A stretch of 41,282 nt of DNA, from positions 1-41,282 of the forward strand of contig PDQT01000216.1 in NCBI GenBank assembly GCA_002747875.1. Reading direction: 5' to 3'. This document shows, in pieces, positions 26,894-34,557 of the stretch. The stretch's first letter is position 1. Each line of letters starts with the position of its first letter. The translations under genes were made by a program, and so were the position numbers. This stretch comes from a bacterium DOLZORAL124_64_63 (GTDB taxonomy: Bacteria; Krumholzibacteriota; Krumholzibacteriia; LZORAL124-64-63). The notes under the pieces were generated by a model. The model was not told where the DNA came from. It saw only the letters and a program-made list of their open reading frames with translations, and did no database searches.

Positions 26894-27856
26894 TCAGGCG
26901 CCGGGCCACTGGCCGGTGGCGGCCAGGTAGCCCAGATAGCTGCAGATCTGGAAGATGGAGAACGCGGCCATGATGTTGACCGGTTCCAGCTTCTCTTCTT
27001 CCACGGCGCAGACCGTCCGGGGATGGGCTGGAGATTTCTTCTGCTTGTTCTGGATGCGCTTGGTGATCTGGCCGATGCTGCTTTTGCCCTCATGGCGCTG
27101 GATCTTGCCCTTGAGACGCAAGATGGCCTTGGTGTGGATCTGGCAGACGCGGCTTTCGGTCACGTCCAGGATCTCGCCGATTTCCTTGAGGGTCAGCTCC
27201 TCGTAGTAGTACAGGACCAGAACCAGCTGCTCCTTATCCGGCAGTTCGTTCATGCGCTGGCCGATGAGTTCCTTCATCTCCTGTTGGGCCAGCACCTGCT
27301 CCACATCTTCGGTGCGGGGGTCGGCCAGAAGTTCTCCCAGGCTACTGCCCTGTTCGCTGTCATCGCTGCGGTTGTCCGCGTCCAGGGACATGATCGTGGC
27401 GATGCTCACCTCTCCCACCAGACCGTCCAGATCCTGCACGTCGATCCCCAGGTGGTCGGCCACCTCCGCGTCGGTGGCGTGGCGCCCCAACTGGCCTTCC
27501 AGGTGGCTGTAGGCCTCCTCCAGTTGCTTGGCCTTGCGGCGCAGGCTACGGGGGAACCAGTCCTGGCTGCGCAGCTCGTCCAGGATGGAGCCCCGGATAC
27601 GCGGGATGGCGTAGGTTTCGAACTTGATGCCCCGGTCGGGATCGAAATTGTCGATGGCCTGGATCAATCCCAGCAGACCGGCACTGATCAGATCGTTGAA
27701 TTCCACGTAATGGGGAAGGCCTATGGCCATGCGACCGGCCACGTATTTGACGATCCGGGCATAGATATCGACCAGTTCCTGCCGGGATTCCTCACGCCTG
27801 CTGCCCTGCAGGTTCTCCCAGACCTCTTGATGGGCAATGAGTGTGCTTTCCGCCAT
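26894..27856 (-). CDS. fliA: Flagellar sigma factor FliA (sigma-28 / WhiG family) with a ~68-aa C-terminal extension
   Basis: Region 2: DLISAGLLGLIQAIDNFDPDRGIKFETYAIPRIRGSILDELR. Region 4: LVLVLYYYEELTLKEIGEILDVTESRVCQIHTKAILRLK. ATG 27856 (GAAAGG RBS) is preferred over the track's TTG 27886. Confidence 0.9.
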   Translation of the reverse strand: MAESTLIAHQEVWENLQGSRREESRQELVDIYARIVKYVAGRMAIGLPHYVEFNDLISAGLLGLIQAIDNFDPDRGIKFETYAIPRIRGSILDELRSQDWFPRSLRRKAKQLEEAYSHLEGQLGRHATDAEVADHLGIDVQDLDGLVGEVSIATIMSLDADNRSDDSEQGSSLGELLADPRTEDVEQVLAQQEMKELIGQRMNELPDKEQLVLVLYYYEELTLKEIGEILDVTESRVCQIHTKAILRLKGKIQRHEGKSSIGQITKRIQNKQKKSPAHPRTVCAVEEEKLEPVNIMAAFSIFQICSYLGYLAATGQWPGA

Positions 27857-27895
27857 TGTACGGCCTTTCTGAAGGTTGGTTGACAACCTGGTATA

Positions 27896-27910
27896 GCAGT
27901 ATCCGTGCCA
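27896..27910 (-). promoter_or_regulatory. Sigma-54 (-24/-12) promoter candidate upstream of fliA: TGGCACGGATACTGC
   Basis: The minus strand reads cgaTGGCACGGATACTGCTAtacc against the consensus TGGCACG-N4-TTGCW. GG and GC have correct spacing. It lies in the 90-nt gap between orf79 and fliA, about 40 nt upstream of the ATG. Confidence 0.65.
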
Positions 27911-27946
27911 TCGCCTTCATGAACCATCCGGTTAGAAGGCGGCTTC

Positions 27947-28186
27947 TCATGTTTCCGTCTTGACGGTCTCTGCGGACTTGTCGGCTTCATTGGCCGGAGC
28001 TTCGGTCTGCTCGAAATACGGGATGATCATCATCAGCATGGCCAGCACAGCCCCCAGGAAGAAAAAGCCCAGGTAGCTGAGCACGACCCGCTTAAGGGTG
28101 CTGAGCAGCCCCCAATCCTGCCAGATCCCGGCCCCCAGGGTGATGACGGCTGCCAGCAAGGCGATGGTGTTGACGATCCTCTGCAT
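27947..28186 (-). CDS. Hypothetical small membrane protein (79 aa, two predicted TM helices) in the position normally held by flhG
   Basis: Its ATG is 3 nt after the flhF TAG (TAG-AAG-ATG). Predicted TM segments are IALLAAVITLGAGIW and LGFFFLGAVLAMLMMII. I recognise no family. Confidence 0.6.
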   Translation of the reverse strand: MQRIVNTIALLAAVITLGAGIWQDWGLLSTLKRVVLSYLGFFFLGAVLAMLMMIIPYFEQTEAPANEADKSAETVKTET

Positions 28187-28189
28187 CTT

Positions 28190-29329
28190 CTAGCCTTCTT
28201 CGCGCGCCTGCTGTTCCCGGTAGCTGTTTCCCAGGGGCTGTCCCAGGATGAAGTCCAGCAGGGCGCCGCTCGCGGCGATCTCCAGATTCCCGTCCCAACC
28301 CACCAGGCTCAGGGGCAGCGGGATGCGGTCCACGTATTCCAGAACCTTGCCGGGGCGGCGGGTGGCCTCCAACCCCGTCAGGGCCAGCCAATCGCAATTC
28401 CAGTTCCGCGCCGCTTCGGACAGGACATCCATGTCGGCCGGGTCGTAAAAGGACGGCACAACCATGTGACGATGGAAGGTGGTGTTCCCGCTCAGCCAGC
28501 TGTGCAGGATCCGTCCCGGGTCCATCTGCGGATGCCCCACGGGGGGCATGTCCACCAGCACCACTTCATATTTGCTCAGGTGCTTCTCGCTGCGGGTCAG
28601 TTGCTGAGGCTTCTGGATGATGGCCGCGTCGAAACCCAGCCGGGCAGCCTCCACCTGTAACTGCTTGACCCTGCCGTGGTGGGGCGGCATGACGCTCAGC
28701 ACCAGGGTGCGGCGGCCCATTTTCCGGAGCCGGGCGGCGGCGTTGAGGATCAGCTCGAAGGAGTCCGCGGAACGGGGTCCCAGGAAGGCGTGGCAGCCGT
28801 AAAAGCCGTCCCATTCGCAGTTGCTGGCCTTCAGGTTCTCCGCCAGCCAGACCAGGGCACCGGCCCGGTTGTCCGGACGCTGGCCGGTTTCGCTCAGGAA
28901 GCGCGTCAGAAGTTTCTGGACGGTGTGCTCGCTGGTGCCCGCGTCCAGGAAGCTCTGGGCCAGGGGGTTGTTCGCCAGCATGCCGCCGATGCCGTCCCGC
29001 CGGGTGAACTCTTCGGCGATCTCCGCCACCAGGTTTTCGATACGCGCCACTTCGGTCAGGAGCTGGTCGGCCGTCAGGGAGGAATCCCGCCCAGGAACCG
29101 TGGAGTTAATGGCCCGCGGGCTCATGGCGCCCGGTGCCTGGACGGTGACCTCCACGAACTTCTCGTGGCCCAACCCGTGAGGCTGCCGCCGGGTGACGGT
29201 GCGGCTGCCCAGGATCACGGCATCCTCCCCGTAGGTCTGCTTGACCAGCTTGTAGGCCCCTTTGAGGGTTGGGGCGGTGACCACCGGGTTTTGATCAGCC
29301 GGCGGCCTGTTTCTGTTGCGCGAATCCAT
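28190..29329 (-). CDS. flhF: FlhF-like flagellar biosynthesis protein with degenerate SRP-type GTPase motifs
   Basis: The N-terminal B-domain block LKGAYKLVKQTYGEDAVILGSRTV is typical of FlhF. The NG domain is collinear with B. subtilis FlhF, but G1 reads GPRSADSFEL, G3 reads DMPPVG and G4 reads TGLEAT. It sits directly after flhA. The start is uncertain because it overlaps flhA by 35 nt. Confidence 0.75.
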   Translation of the reverse strand: MDSRNRNRPPADQNPVVTAPTLKGAYKLVKQTYGEDAVILGSRTVTRRQPHGLGHEKFVEVTVQAPGAMSPRAINSTVPGRDSSLTADQLLTEVARIENLVAEIAEEFTRRDGIGGMLANNPLAQSFLDAGTSEHTVQKLLTRFLSETGQRPDNRAGALVWLAENLKASNCEWDGFYGCHAFLGPRSADSFELILNAAARLRKMGRRTLVLSVMPPHHGRVKQLQVEAARLGFDAAIIQKPQQLTRSEKHLSKYEVVLVDMPPVGHPQMDPGRILHSWLSGNTTFHRHMVVPSFYDPADMDVLSEAARNWNCDWLALTGLEATRRPGKVLEYVDRIPLPLSLVGWDGNLEIAASGALLDFILGQPLGNSYREQQAREEG

Positions 29330-31409
29330 GGGTCACCACCGTTCCAGCCGACTGGACGCTCACCGTGGGAGAAACCTCGGTGTAGCCCATGACGGCCAAG
29401 TTGGGGTAGGTCGGCTCGATGAGTTGCTTGACGAAAAGACGGATGGGCGTGGGCACCAGCAGCACGGGCGGCGGCCCGCTGGAATAGGCGGTCCGCAGAA
29501 CCCCCTCCATGTTGCCCAGGAAGGCGCGGGTGAAGGCCGGGTCCAGGACCACGCCGCCGGCGCGATCGCTTTCCCGCCCGGCCTGCAGCAGGGTCTGCTC
29601 CACCTCCGGGTGCAGGCTGATGGCATGCAGGCGGTTCTCGCCGTCGGCGAAGAGGGCGGTGATGCTGCGCCCCAGGGCCTCGCGCACCTTGCCCGTCAGG
29701 TAGTCGTTCCCCAGGCCGCTGCCCGTGTGGTTGGCCAGGGTTTCCAGGATGGTGATGATGTCCTTCACCGGAATGCGTTCGTGCAGCAGGTTCATCAATA
29801 CGTTGTGCAGAGTGTTGACGGGCACCTTGTCGGGAATCAGATCCTCCACCAGGGCGGGCGCGTACTCGCGGATGGACTCGCACATGTCTTTGACGTCCTG
29901 GCGGCTGAGCAACTCGTCACTGTGGCTGCGGATCAGTTCGCTCAGGTGGGTGGCCAGGACGGCCGCGGGTTCCACGACGGTGAAACCTTCCACCTCGGCC
30001 TCGGCCTTCTTCTCCGGATCGATCCACAGGGCCGGCAGGTTGAAGGCCGGTTCGGTGGTCGCCGTGCCCTCGATGTGGCCCGTGTCCGGACGGGTGCTCA
30101 TGGCCAGCAGACGGTTGGGGAAAAGCTCGCTGCGGGCGATCTCCACGCCCTTGAGTTTGATCACGTAGTTGTGGGCGCCAAGCTGCAGGTTGTCCCGCAC
30201 CCGGATGGGGTGGATGAAGATGCCCAGCTCGCTGCCCACCTGGCGCCGGATGTTGCTGATCCGCGTCAAGAGGTCGCCGCCGCGCTTGCCGTCCACCAAG
30301 GGGATCAGACCGTAGCCGATCTCCAGTTCCATCCGGTCCAGGATGAACAGCTCCTCGCCGCGCAGGCCCTGGGGCTCTTCCTCCTCCTGGGTGGCTTGGG
30401 CCTCCGCTTCGGCGGCGCGGGCCTCGTTGTCATCGTACTGCTCGACGCGGTTGCCCATGATGAAGCCGGCGCCGGCGGTCGCCGCGGCGAAGACCAGGAA
30501 GGGGATGGTGGGCAACCCGGGGATCATGGCGAAGATGGTCATGGCGCCCGATGCCAGGTACAGGGCCTTGCGCTGCCGGAAGATCTGCAGGGTCAGGGTC
30601 TGGCCCAGGTTCAGGCTGCTGCTGCTGCGGGTCACCACCAGGCCCGCGGCGGTGCTGACCAGCAGGGACGGGATCTGGCTGACCAGGCCATCGCCCACGG
30701 TCAGCACGGTGAAGCGGCTGAGGGCTTCGCCTGCGGGCATGCCCATCTGCACCATGCCGATGATGAAGCCGGCCGCGATGTTGACCACGGTGATCAGGAT
30801 GCCGGCGATGGCGTCGCCCTTGACGAATTTGCTGGCACCGTCCATGGCGCCGAAGAATTCCGCTTCCTGGGCGATTTCGGCACGGCGGGCCTTGGCCTGG
30901 GCTTCGTTGATGAGCCCGGCGTTCAGGTCCGCGTCGATGGCCATCTGCTTGCCGGGCATGGCGTCCAGGGTGAAGCGGGCCGCCACCTCGGCGATGCGCC
31001 CGCTGCCCTTGGTGATGACCATGAAGTTGATGATCACCAGGATGATGAAGACGATGACGCCGATCAGGTAGTTCCCGCCGACAACAAAATCCCCAAAGCT
31101 GTCAATTACCTGACCGGCGGTGCCCGTGCTGAGGATCAGGCGCGTGCTGGCCACGTTCAAGGACAGCCGGGTCAACGTCAAAATCAGAAGCAGGCTGGGA
31201 AAGCTGTTGAAGTGCAGGGGCTCTTTCAGGTAAAGCGATACCAGAAGGACAGTTATGGAGAAACTGATGCTGAAGGTGAGCATCAGATCCAGCAGGGCCG
31301 GCGGCACCGGAATCACCAGCAGGCCCAGGATGACCATCACAGCCACCGCGCTCAGCACGTTGCTGTTGGCCAGAACCAGATCCCTGTCGATGACGTTTTC
31401 TTGTGCCAA
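29295..31409 (-). CDS. flhA: Flagellar export apparatus protein FlhA
   Basis: 704 aa with FHIPEP-family blocks (GRIAEVAARFTLDAMPGKQMAIDADL..., FVKGDAIAG). TTG start with a GGAGAGGG RBS. Confidence 0.97.
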   Translation of the reverse strand: MAQENVIDRDLVLANSNVLSAVAVMVILGLLVIPVPPALLDLMLTFSISFSITVLLVSLYLKEPLHFNSFPSLLLILTLTRLSLNVASTRLILSTGTAGQVIDSFGDFVVGGNYLIGVIVFIILVIINFMVITKGSGRIAEVAARFTLDAMPGKQMAIDADLNAGLINEAQAKARRAEIAQEAEFFGAMDGASKFVKGDAIAGILITVVNIAAGFIIGMVQMGMPAGEALSRFTVLTVGDGLVSQIPSLLVSTAAGLVVTRSSSSLNLGQTLTLQIFRQRKALYLASGAMTIFAMIPGLPTIPFLVFAAATAGAGFIMGNRVEQYDDNEARAAEAEAQATQEEEEPQGLRGEELFILDRMELEIGYGLIPLVDGKRGGDLLTRISNIRRQVGSELGIFIHPIRVRDNLQLGAHNYVIKLKGVEIARSELFPNRLLAMSTRPDTGHIEGTATTEPAFNLPALWIDPEKKAEAEVEGFTVVEPAAVLATHLSELIRSHSDELLSRQDVKDMCESIREYAPALVEDLIPDKVPVNTLHNVLMNLLHERIPVKDIITILETLANHTGSGLGNDYLTGKVREALGRSITALFADGENRLHAISLHPEVEQTLLQAGRESDRAGGVVLDPAFTRAFLGNMEGVLRTAYSSGPPPVLLVPTPIRLFVKQLIEPTYPNLAVMGYTEVSPTVSVQSAGTVVTHGFAQQKQAAG

Positions 31410-31430
31410 AATGCCCTCTCCGGCGTTTTA

Positions 31431-32492
31431 TCAGCTCTTTTTCAGGCGATAGATGTAGGCCAGGACCTCGGCCACGGCCTGGAACAGGGATTCGGGAATC
31501 CACTGCCCCACCTCGACCTGCCGATACAAGGAGCGTGCCAGCGGTTTGTTCTCGATGATGGGAACCCGGCTCTTGCGGGCGATCTTCTTGATGGTCTGGG
31601 CCAGATTGTCCTGCCCCTTGGCCACCACCATGGGTGCCGGCTGACCCGCCACATACTTCAGGGCCACGGCAAAGTGAGTCGGGTTGGTGATGACGACATC
31701 GGCGGTGGGCACATCGGCCAGCATGCGCTTGCGGGCCATCTCGAACTGCTGGCTCTTGATCCTGGCCTTGATCTGCGGATCACCCTCCACGTCCTTGTTC
31801 TCCTGCTTGATCTCCTGCTTGCTCATCTTGATTTCTTCTTCGTGCCGATGCTTGGTCCAGAACCAGTCGATGATCGCCAGCAGAGAGGTGAAGGCCAGCA
31901 GGACGGCCATCAGCTTGATGAAGCTCATCTTGCCGATGCTGATGATGGCCTGCAGGGGCAGCAGGCAGAGGCTGTTGAGATCCGCCACCAAGTGTCGGAG
32001 CACGCCCCAGGCCAGAAGACAGATAATTGTGACTTTTATAATGTTCTTTATGAGATTAACATACATGTCTTTCTTGAAGTATTTTTTGAATCCGCTGAGG
32101 GGGTTCAGCTTCTCCAGTTTGAACTGCAGGGATTCGGGCGTGAACTTGAACCCTACCTGCAGGATGTTGGCCCCGATCCCGGAGACGAAGACCCCGGCCA
32201 GCAGGGGAGCCAGCGCCGTCAACAGGGTGCCGATGTTGAAGCGCAGGATGCCCTGCAGGGCGTATTCGTTGGTGGTGTTCAGGATGTGGCCCTGGCTGAA
32301 GATGTAGGCGGCGTGCCGCCCCAGCACCCGGGCGAAATGGCCGGAGGACATGACCAGGATGGTCATGCCCACGATCAGCAGAATGGCCCCGTTGACTTCC
32401 TCGGATTTGGCCACCTGGCCCTGTTTGCGCGCGTCTTCCCGCCGTTTACCTGTCGCTTTTTCTGTTTTCTCGCCCGCGGAGTCGTCGGCCAT
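31431..32492 (-). CDS. flhB: Flagellar export apparatus protein FlhB
   Basis: 353 aa. N-terminus is EKTEKATGKRREDARKQGQVAKS, and the NPTH autocleavage site lies in VVITNPTHFAVAL. GAGGAGG RBS. Confidence 0.97.
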   Translation of the reverse strand: MADDSAGEKTEKATGKRREDARKQGQVAKSEEVNGAILLIVGMTILVMSSGHFARVLGRHAAYIFSQGHILNTTNEYALQGILRFNIGTLLTALAPLLAGVFVSGIGANILQVGFKFTPESLQFKLEKLNPLSGFKKYFKKDMYVNLIKNIIKVTIICLLAWGVLRHLVADLNSLCLLPLQAIISIGKMSFIKLMAVLLAFTSLLAIIDWFWTKHRHEEEIKMSKQEIKQENKDVEGDPQIKARIKSQQFEMARKRMLADVPTADVVITNPTHFAVALKYVAGQPAPMVVAKGQDNLAQTIKKIARKSRVPIIENKPLARSLYRQVEVGQWIPESLFQAVAEVLAYIYRLKKS

Positions 32493-32526
32493 TTTCCCTC
32501 ACCTCCTCAGGTAGGCCCCGGTGGGC

Positions 32527-33312
32527 TCAACTCAGGGCCACCAGAACCCGGCTCAGCTGGTCGGGCAGCCCGTTCATCAGGTTGACGGCCACCTGTCGGA
32601 AGAAGACCAGAGACACGCCGAAGGTGATCAGCCCCACGGCGATCTTGACGGGGAAGCCCACGGCCAGGACGTTGATCTGGGGTACGGTCTTGACGATGAC
32701 CCCCATGGAGGCGCTGACCAGCAGCAACACCACCACCACCGGCGAGGCGATGCGCAACCCCAGTTCGAAGACGGTTCCGAATTCCTTCAGCAGGAACCAG
32801 GAACCGGCGGCGGGATCCAGAGGCGCGAAGGGCGGAACCATGACACAGCACTGGAACATGATCTGGACCAGGGTCTGGTGGGCCCCGGTGACGAAGAACA
32901 GCAGCACCGCCAGGATGTAGTACAGCTGGGAGATGATGGAGACCTGGCTCTGGGTCATGGGATCGAAGGCGTTCACGATGGCGAAGCCGATCTGCATGCC
33001 GGCCACGGATCCGGCGTATTTCACGGCCGTGAAAATCAGATTCACCGTGAAACCCAGCAGGGTCCCGATGACCAGGCTGCGAACGGCTTCCAGGACCAGC
33101 CCCGGCCAGCTCAGGTCCAGCGTGCCGGCCGGGATGGCCGCCACCACCGCCGGTGTCAGGATGGACGCGAAACAGATGGCCAGGGCCACCCGCCACAGGG
33201 CCGGCACGCTGCGCAGATCCAACAGGGGCAGCGTGGCCGCCAGCACCCCGAAGCGCACCGCCAAGGCCCCTCCCACGGCCAGCAAGCCCATGTCCAGCTG
33301 GAAGAGCATCAC
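32527..33312 (-). CDS. fliR: Flagellar export apparatus protein FliR
   Basis: 261-aa polytopic membrane protein between fliQ and flhB. Its start overlaps the fliQ stop. Confidence 0.9.
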   Translation of the reverse strand: MMLFQLDMGLLAVGGALAVRFGVLAATLPLLDLRSVPALWRVALAICFASILTPAVVAAIPAGTLDLSWPGLVLEAVRSLVIGTLLGFTVNLIFTAVKYAGSVAGMQIGFAIVNAFDPMTQSQVSIISQLYYILAVLLFFVTGAHQTLVQIMFQCCVMVPPFAPLDPAAGSWFLLKEFGTVFELGLRIASPVVVVLLLVSASMGVIVKTVPQINVLAVGFPVKIAVGLITFGVSLVFFRQVAVNLMNGLPDQLSRVLVALS

Positions 33313-33572
33313 ATGGCCGCGATGCGGTTGAACATCTCGGTGGCGAAGCCCGTCAGCTGGCTGATGGCCCAGGGCAGGGTCAGGATCAGGATGGCGAAGA
33401 CGGTCAGGATCTTGGGCACGAAGGTCATCGTCATCTCGTTGATCTGGGTGGCGGCCTGGAAAATGGAGATGGTCAGACCGACCAGCATGCCGCCGAGCAG
33501 CATGGGGCCGGCCACGAAGATCACCGTGCGCATGGCGTACTGACCGATTTCGATGACGGCTTCGGGAGTCAT
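33309..33572 (-). CDS. fliQ: Flagellar export apparatus protein FliQ
   Basis: 87 aa, including AGPMLLGGMLVGLTISIFQAATQINEMTMTFVPKI. Confidence 0.93.
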   Translation of the reverse strand: MTPEAVIEIGQYAMRTVIFVAGPMLLGGMLVGLTISIFQAATQINEMTMTFVPKILTVFAILILTLPWAISQLTGFATEMFNRIAAM

Positions 33573-33582
33573 GAATCCACCT

Positions 33583-34386
33583 TTACTGGAAGGCCTGGAC
33601 CAGGGAGCGGACCACCAGGAACCACCCGTCGACCAGGACGAAAAGCAACAACTTGAAGGGCAGACTGATCAGCACCGGCGGCAGCATCATCATGCCCATG
33701 GACATCAGCACCGAGGCGACCACCATGTCGATGATCAGGAAGGGGATGAAAAGCAGGAAACCCATCTGGAAGGCTGTTTTGAGCTCGCTGAGCACGAAAC
33801 CGGGGATGACCACCAGCATGGGCAGCTCCTGGGGCGTGTCGGGTGTTTCGGTGTTGGTCAGTTCCAGGAACAGGGCGATGTCCTTTTCCCGGACCTGGCT
33901 GAGCATGAAGTCTTTCAGAGGCCCCTGAGCCCGGCTGAAGGCCACCTCCTGGCTGATCTCGTCATTCATGAAGGGCTGCAGGGCGTCGGTATTTATCTCG
34001 CTGAGCACCGGGGACATGACCACGATGGTCAGGAAGAGGGACAGCCCGATGATGATCTGGTTGTTGGGGGCGGAATTGGCGCCGATGGCCTGACGCAGGA
34101 AGCCCAGCACGATGACGATACGGGTGAAGCTGGTCAGCAGGATCAGGAAGGCCGGCGCCAGCGAGAGCACCGTCATCAGCAGCACGACCTTCAGAGCGGC
34201 GTCCATGCCGCCGGGCGATTGCACCCCTTGCAGGCTGAGGCTGATGGCCGGAGCGCTGGTGGAGTCGCCGGCGGCGGTCCGGGCGATGGTCTGGGCGGCC
34301 ACGGGACCAGCCCCCAGGACGGACAGCCCCACCAGAACGGTCAGGATCAGGATCAGGCGCGGGGCTGTGGCGGGCACGGTCGGCAT
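33583..34386 (-). CDS. fliP: Flagellar export apparatus protein FliP
   Basis: ATG 34386 gives a signal peptide (MPTVPATAPRLILILTVLVGLSVLGAGPVAAQ) and FliP blocks (LLTSFTRIVIVLGFLRQAIG, PFKLLLFVLVDGW). The track's GTG 34446 would overlap the sigma-54 promoter motif. Confidence 0.93.
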   Translation of the reverse strand: MPTVPATAPRLILILTVLVGLSVLGAGPVAAQTIARTAAGDSTSAPAISLSLQGVQSPGGMDAALKVVLLMTVLSLAPAFLILLTSFTRIVIVLGFLRQAIGANSAPNNQIIIGLSLFLTIVVMSPVLSEINTDALQPFMNDEISQEVAFSRAQGPLKDFMLSQVREKDIALFLELTNTETPDTPQELPMLVVIPGFVLSELKTAFQMGFLLFIPFLIIDMVVASVLMSMGMMMLPPVLISLPFKLLLFVLVDGWFLVVRSLVQAFQ

Positions 34387-34430
34387 GGGACTCTCTTGCG
34401 GGCTGAAGGGAATAGTCTCTCTTCCCCTGG

Positions 34431-34445
34431 GCAATGGGCGTGCCA
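34431..34445 (-). promoter_or_regulatory. Sigma-54 (-24/-12) promoter candidate upstream of fliP: TGGCACGCCCATTGC
   Basis: The minus strand reads ggggTGGCACGCCCATTGCCcagg, an exact match to TGGCACG-N4-TTGC. It is 45-59 nt upstream of the fliP ATG. Confidence 0.7.
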
Positions 34446-34526
34446 CCCCAACCTGCCGTCGACCTCTTTTATCTTGTTGAAAAAAATGATGTTATGGAGC
34501 CGGCGACCGGTATTTCCGGATATGGA

Positions 34527-34557
34527 AAAGGTCCGGCTGCTTGGTGGCCGGACCTTT
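34527..34557 (-). terminator. Terminator/attenuator-like hairpin between fliO and fliP
   Basis: On the minus-strand RNA: AAAGGUCCGGC, a 9-nt loop, then GCCGGACCUUU followed by UCCAUAU. That is an 8-bp G+C core plus A-U extension with a short U tract (UUUU). A T7 run follows ~45 nt downstream. Confidence 0.45.
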
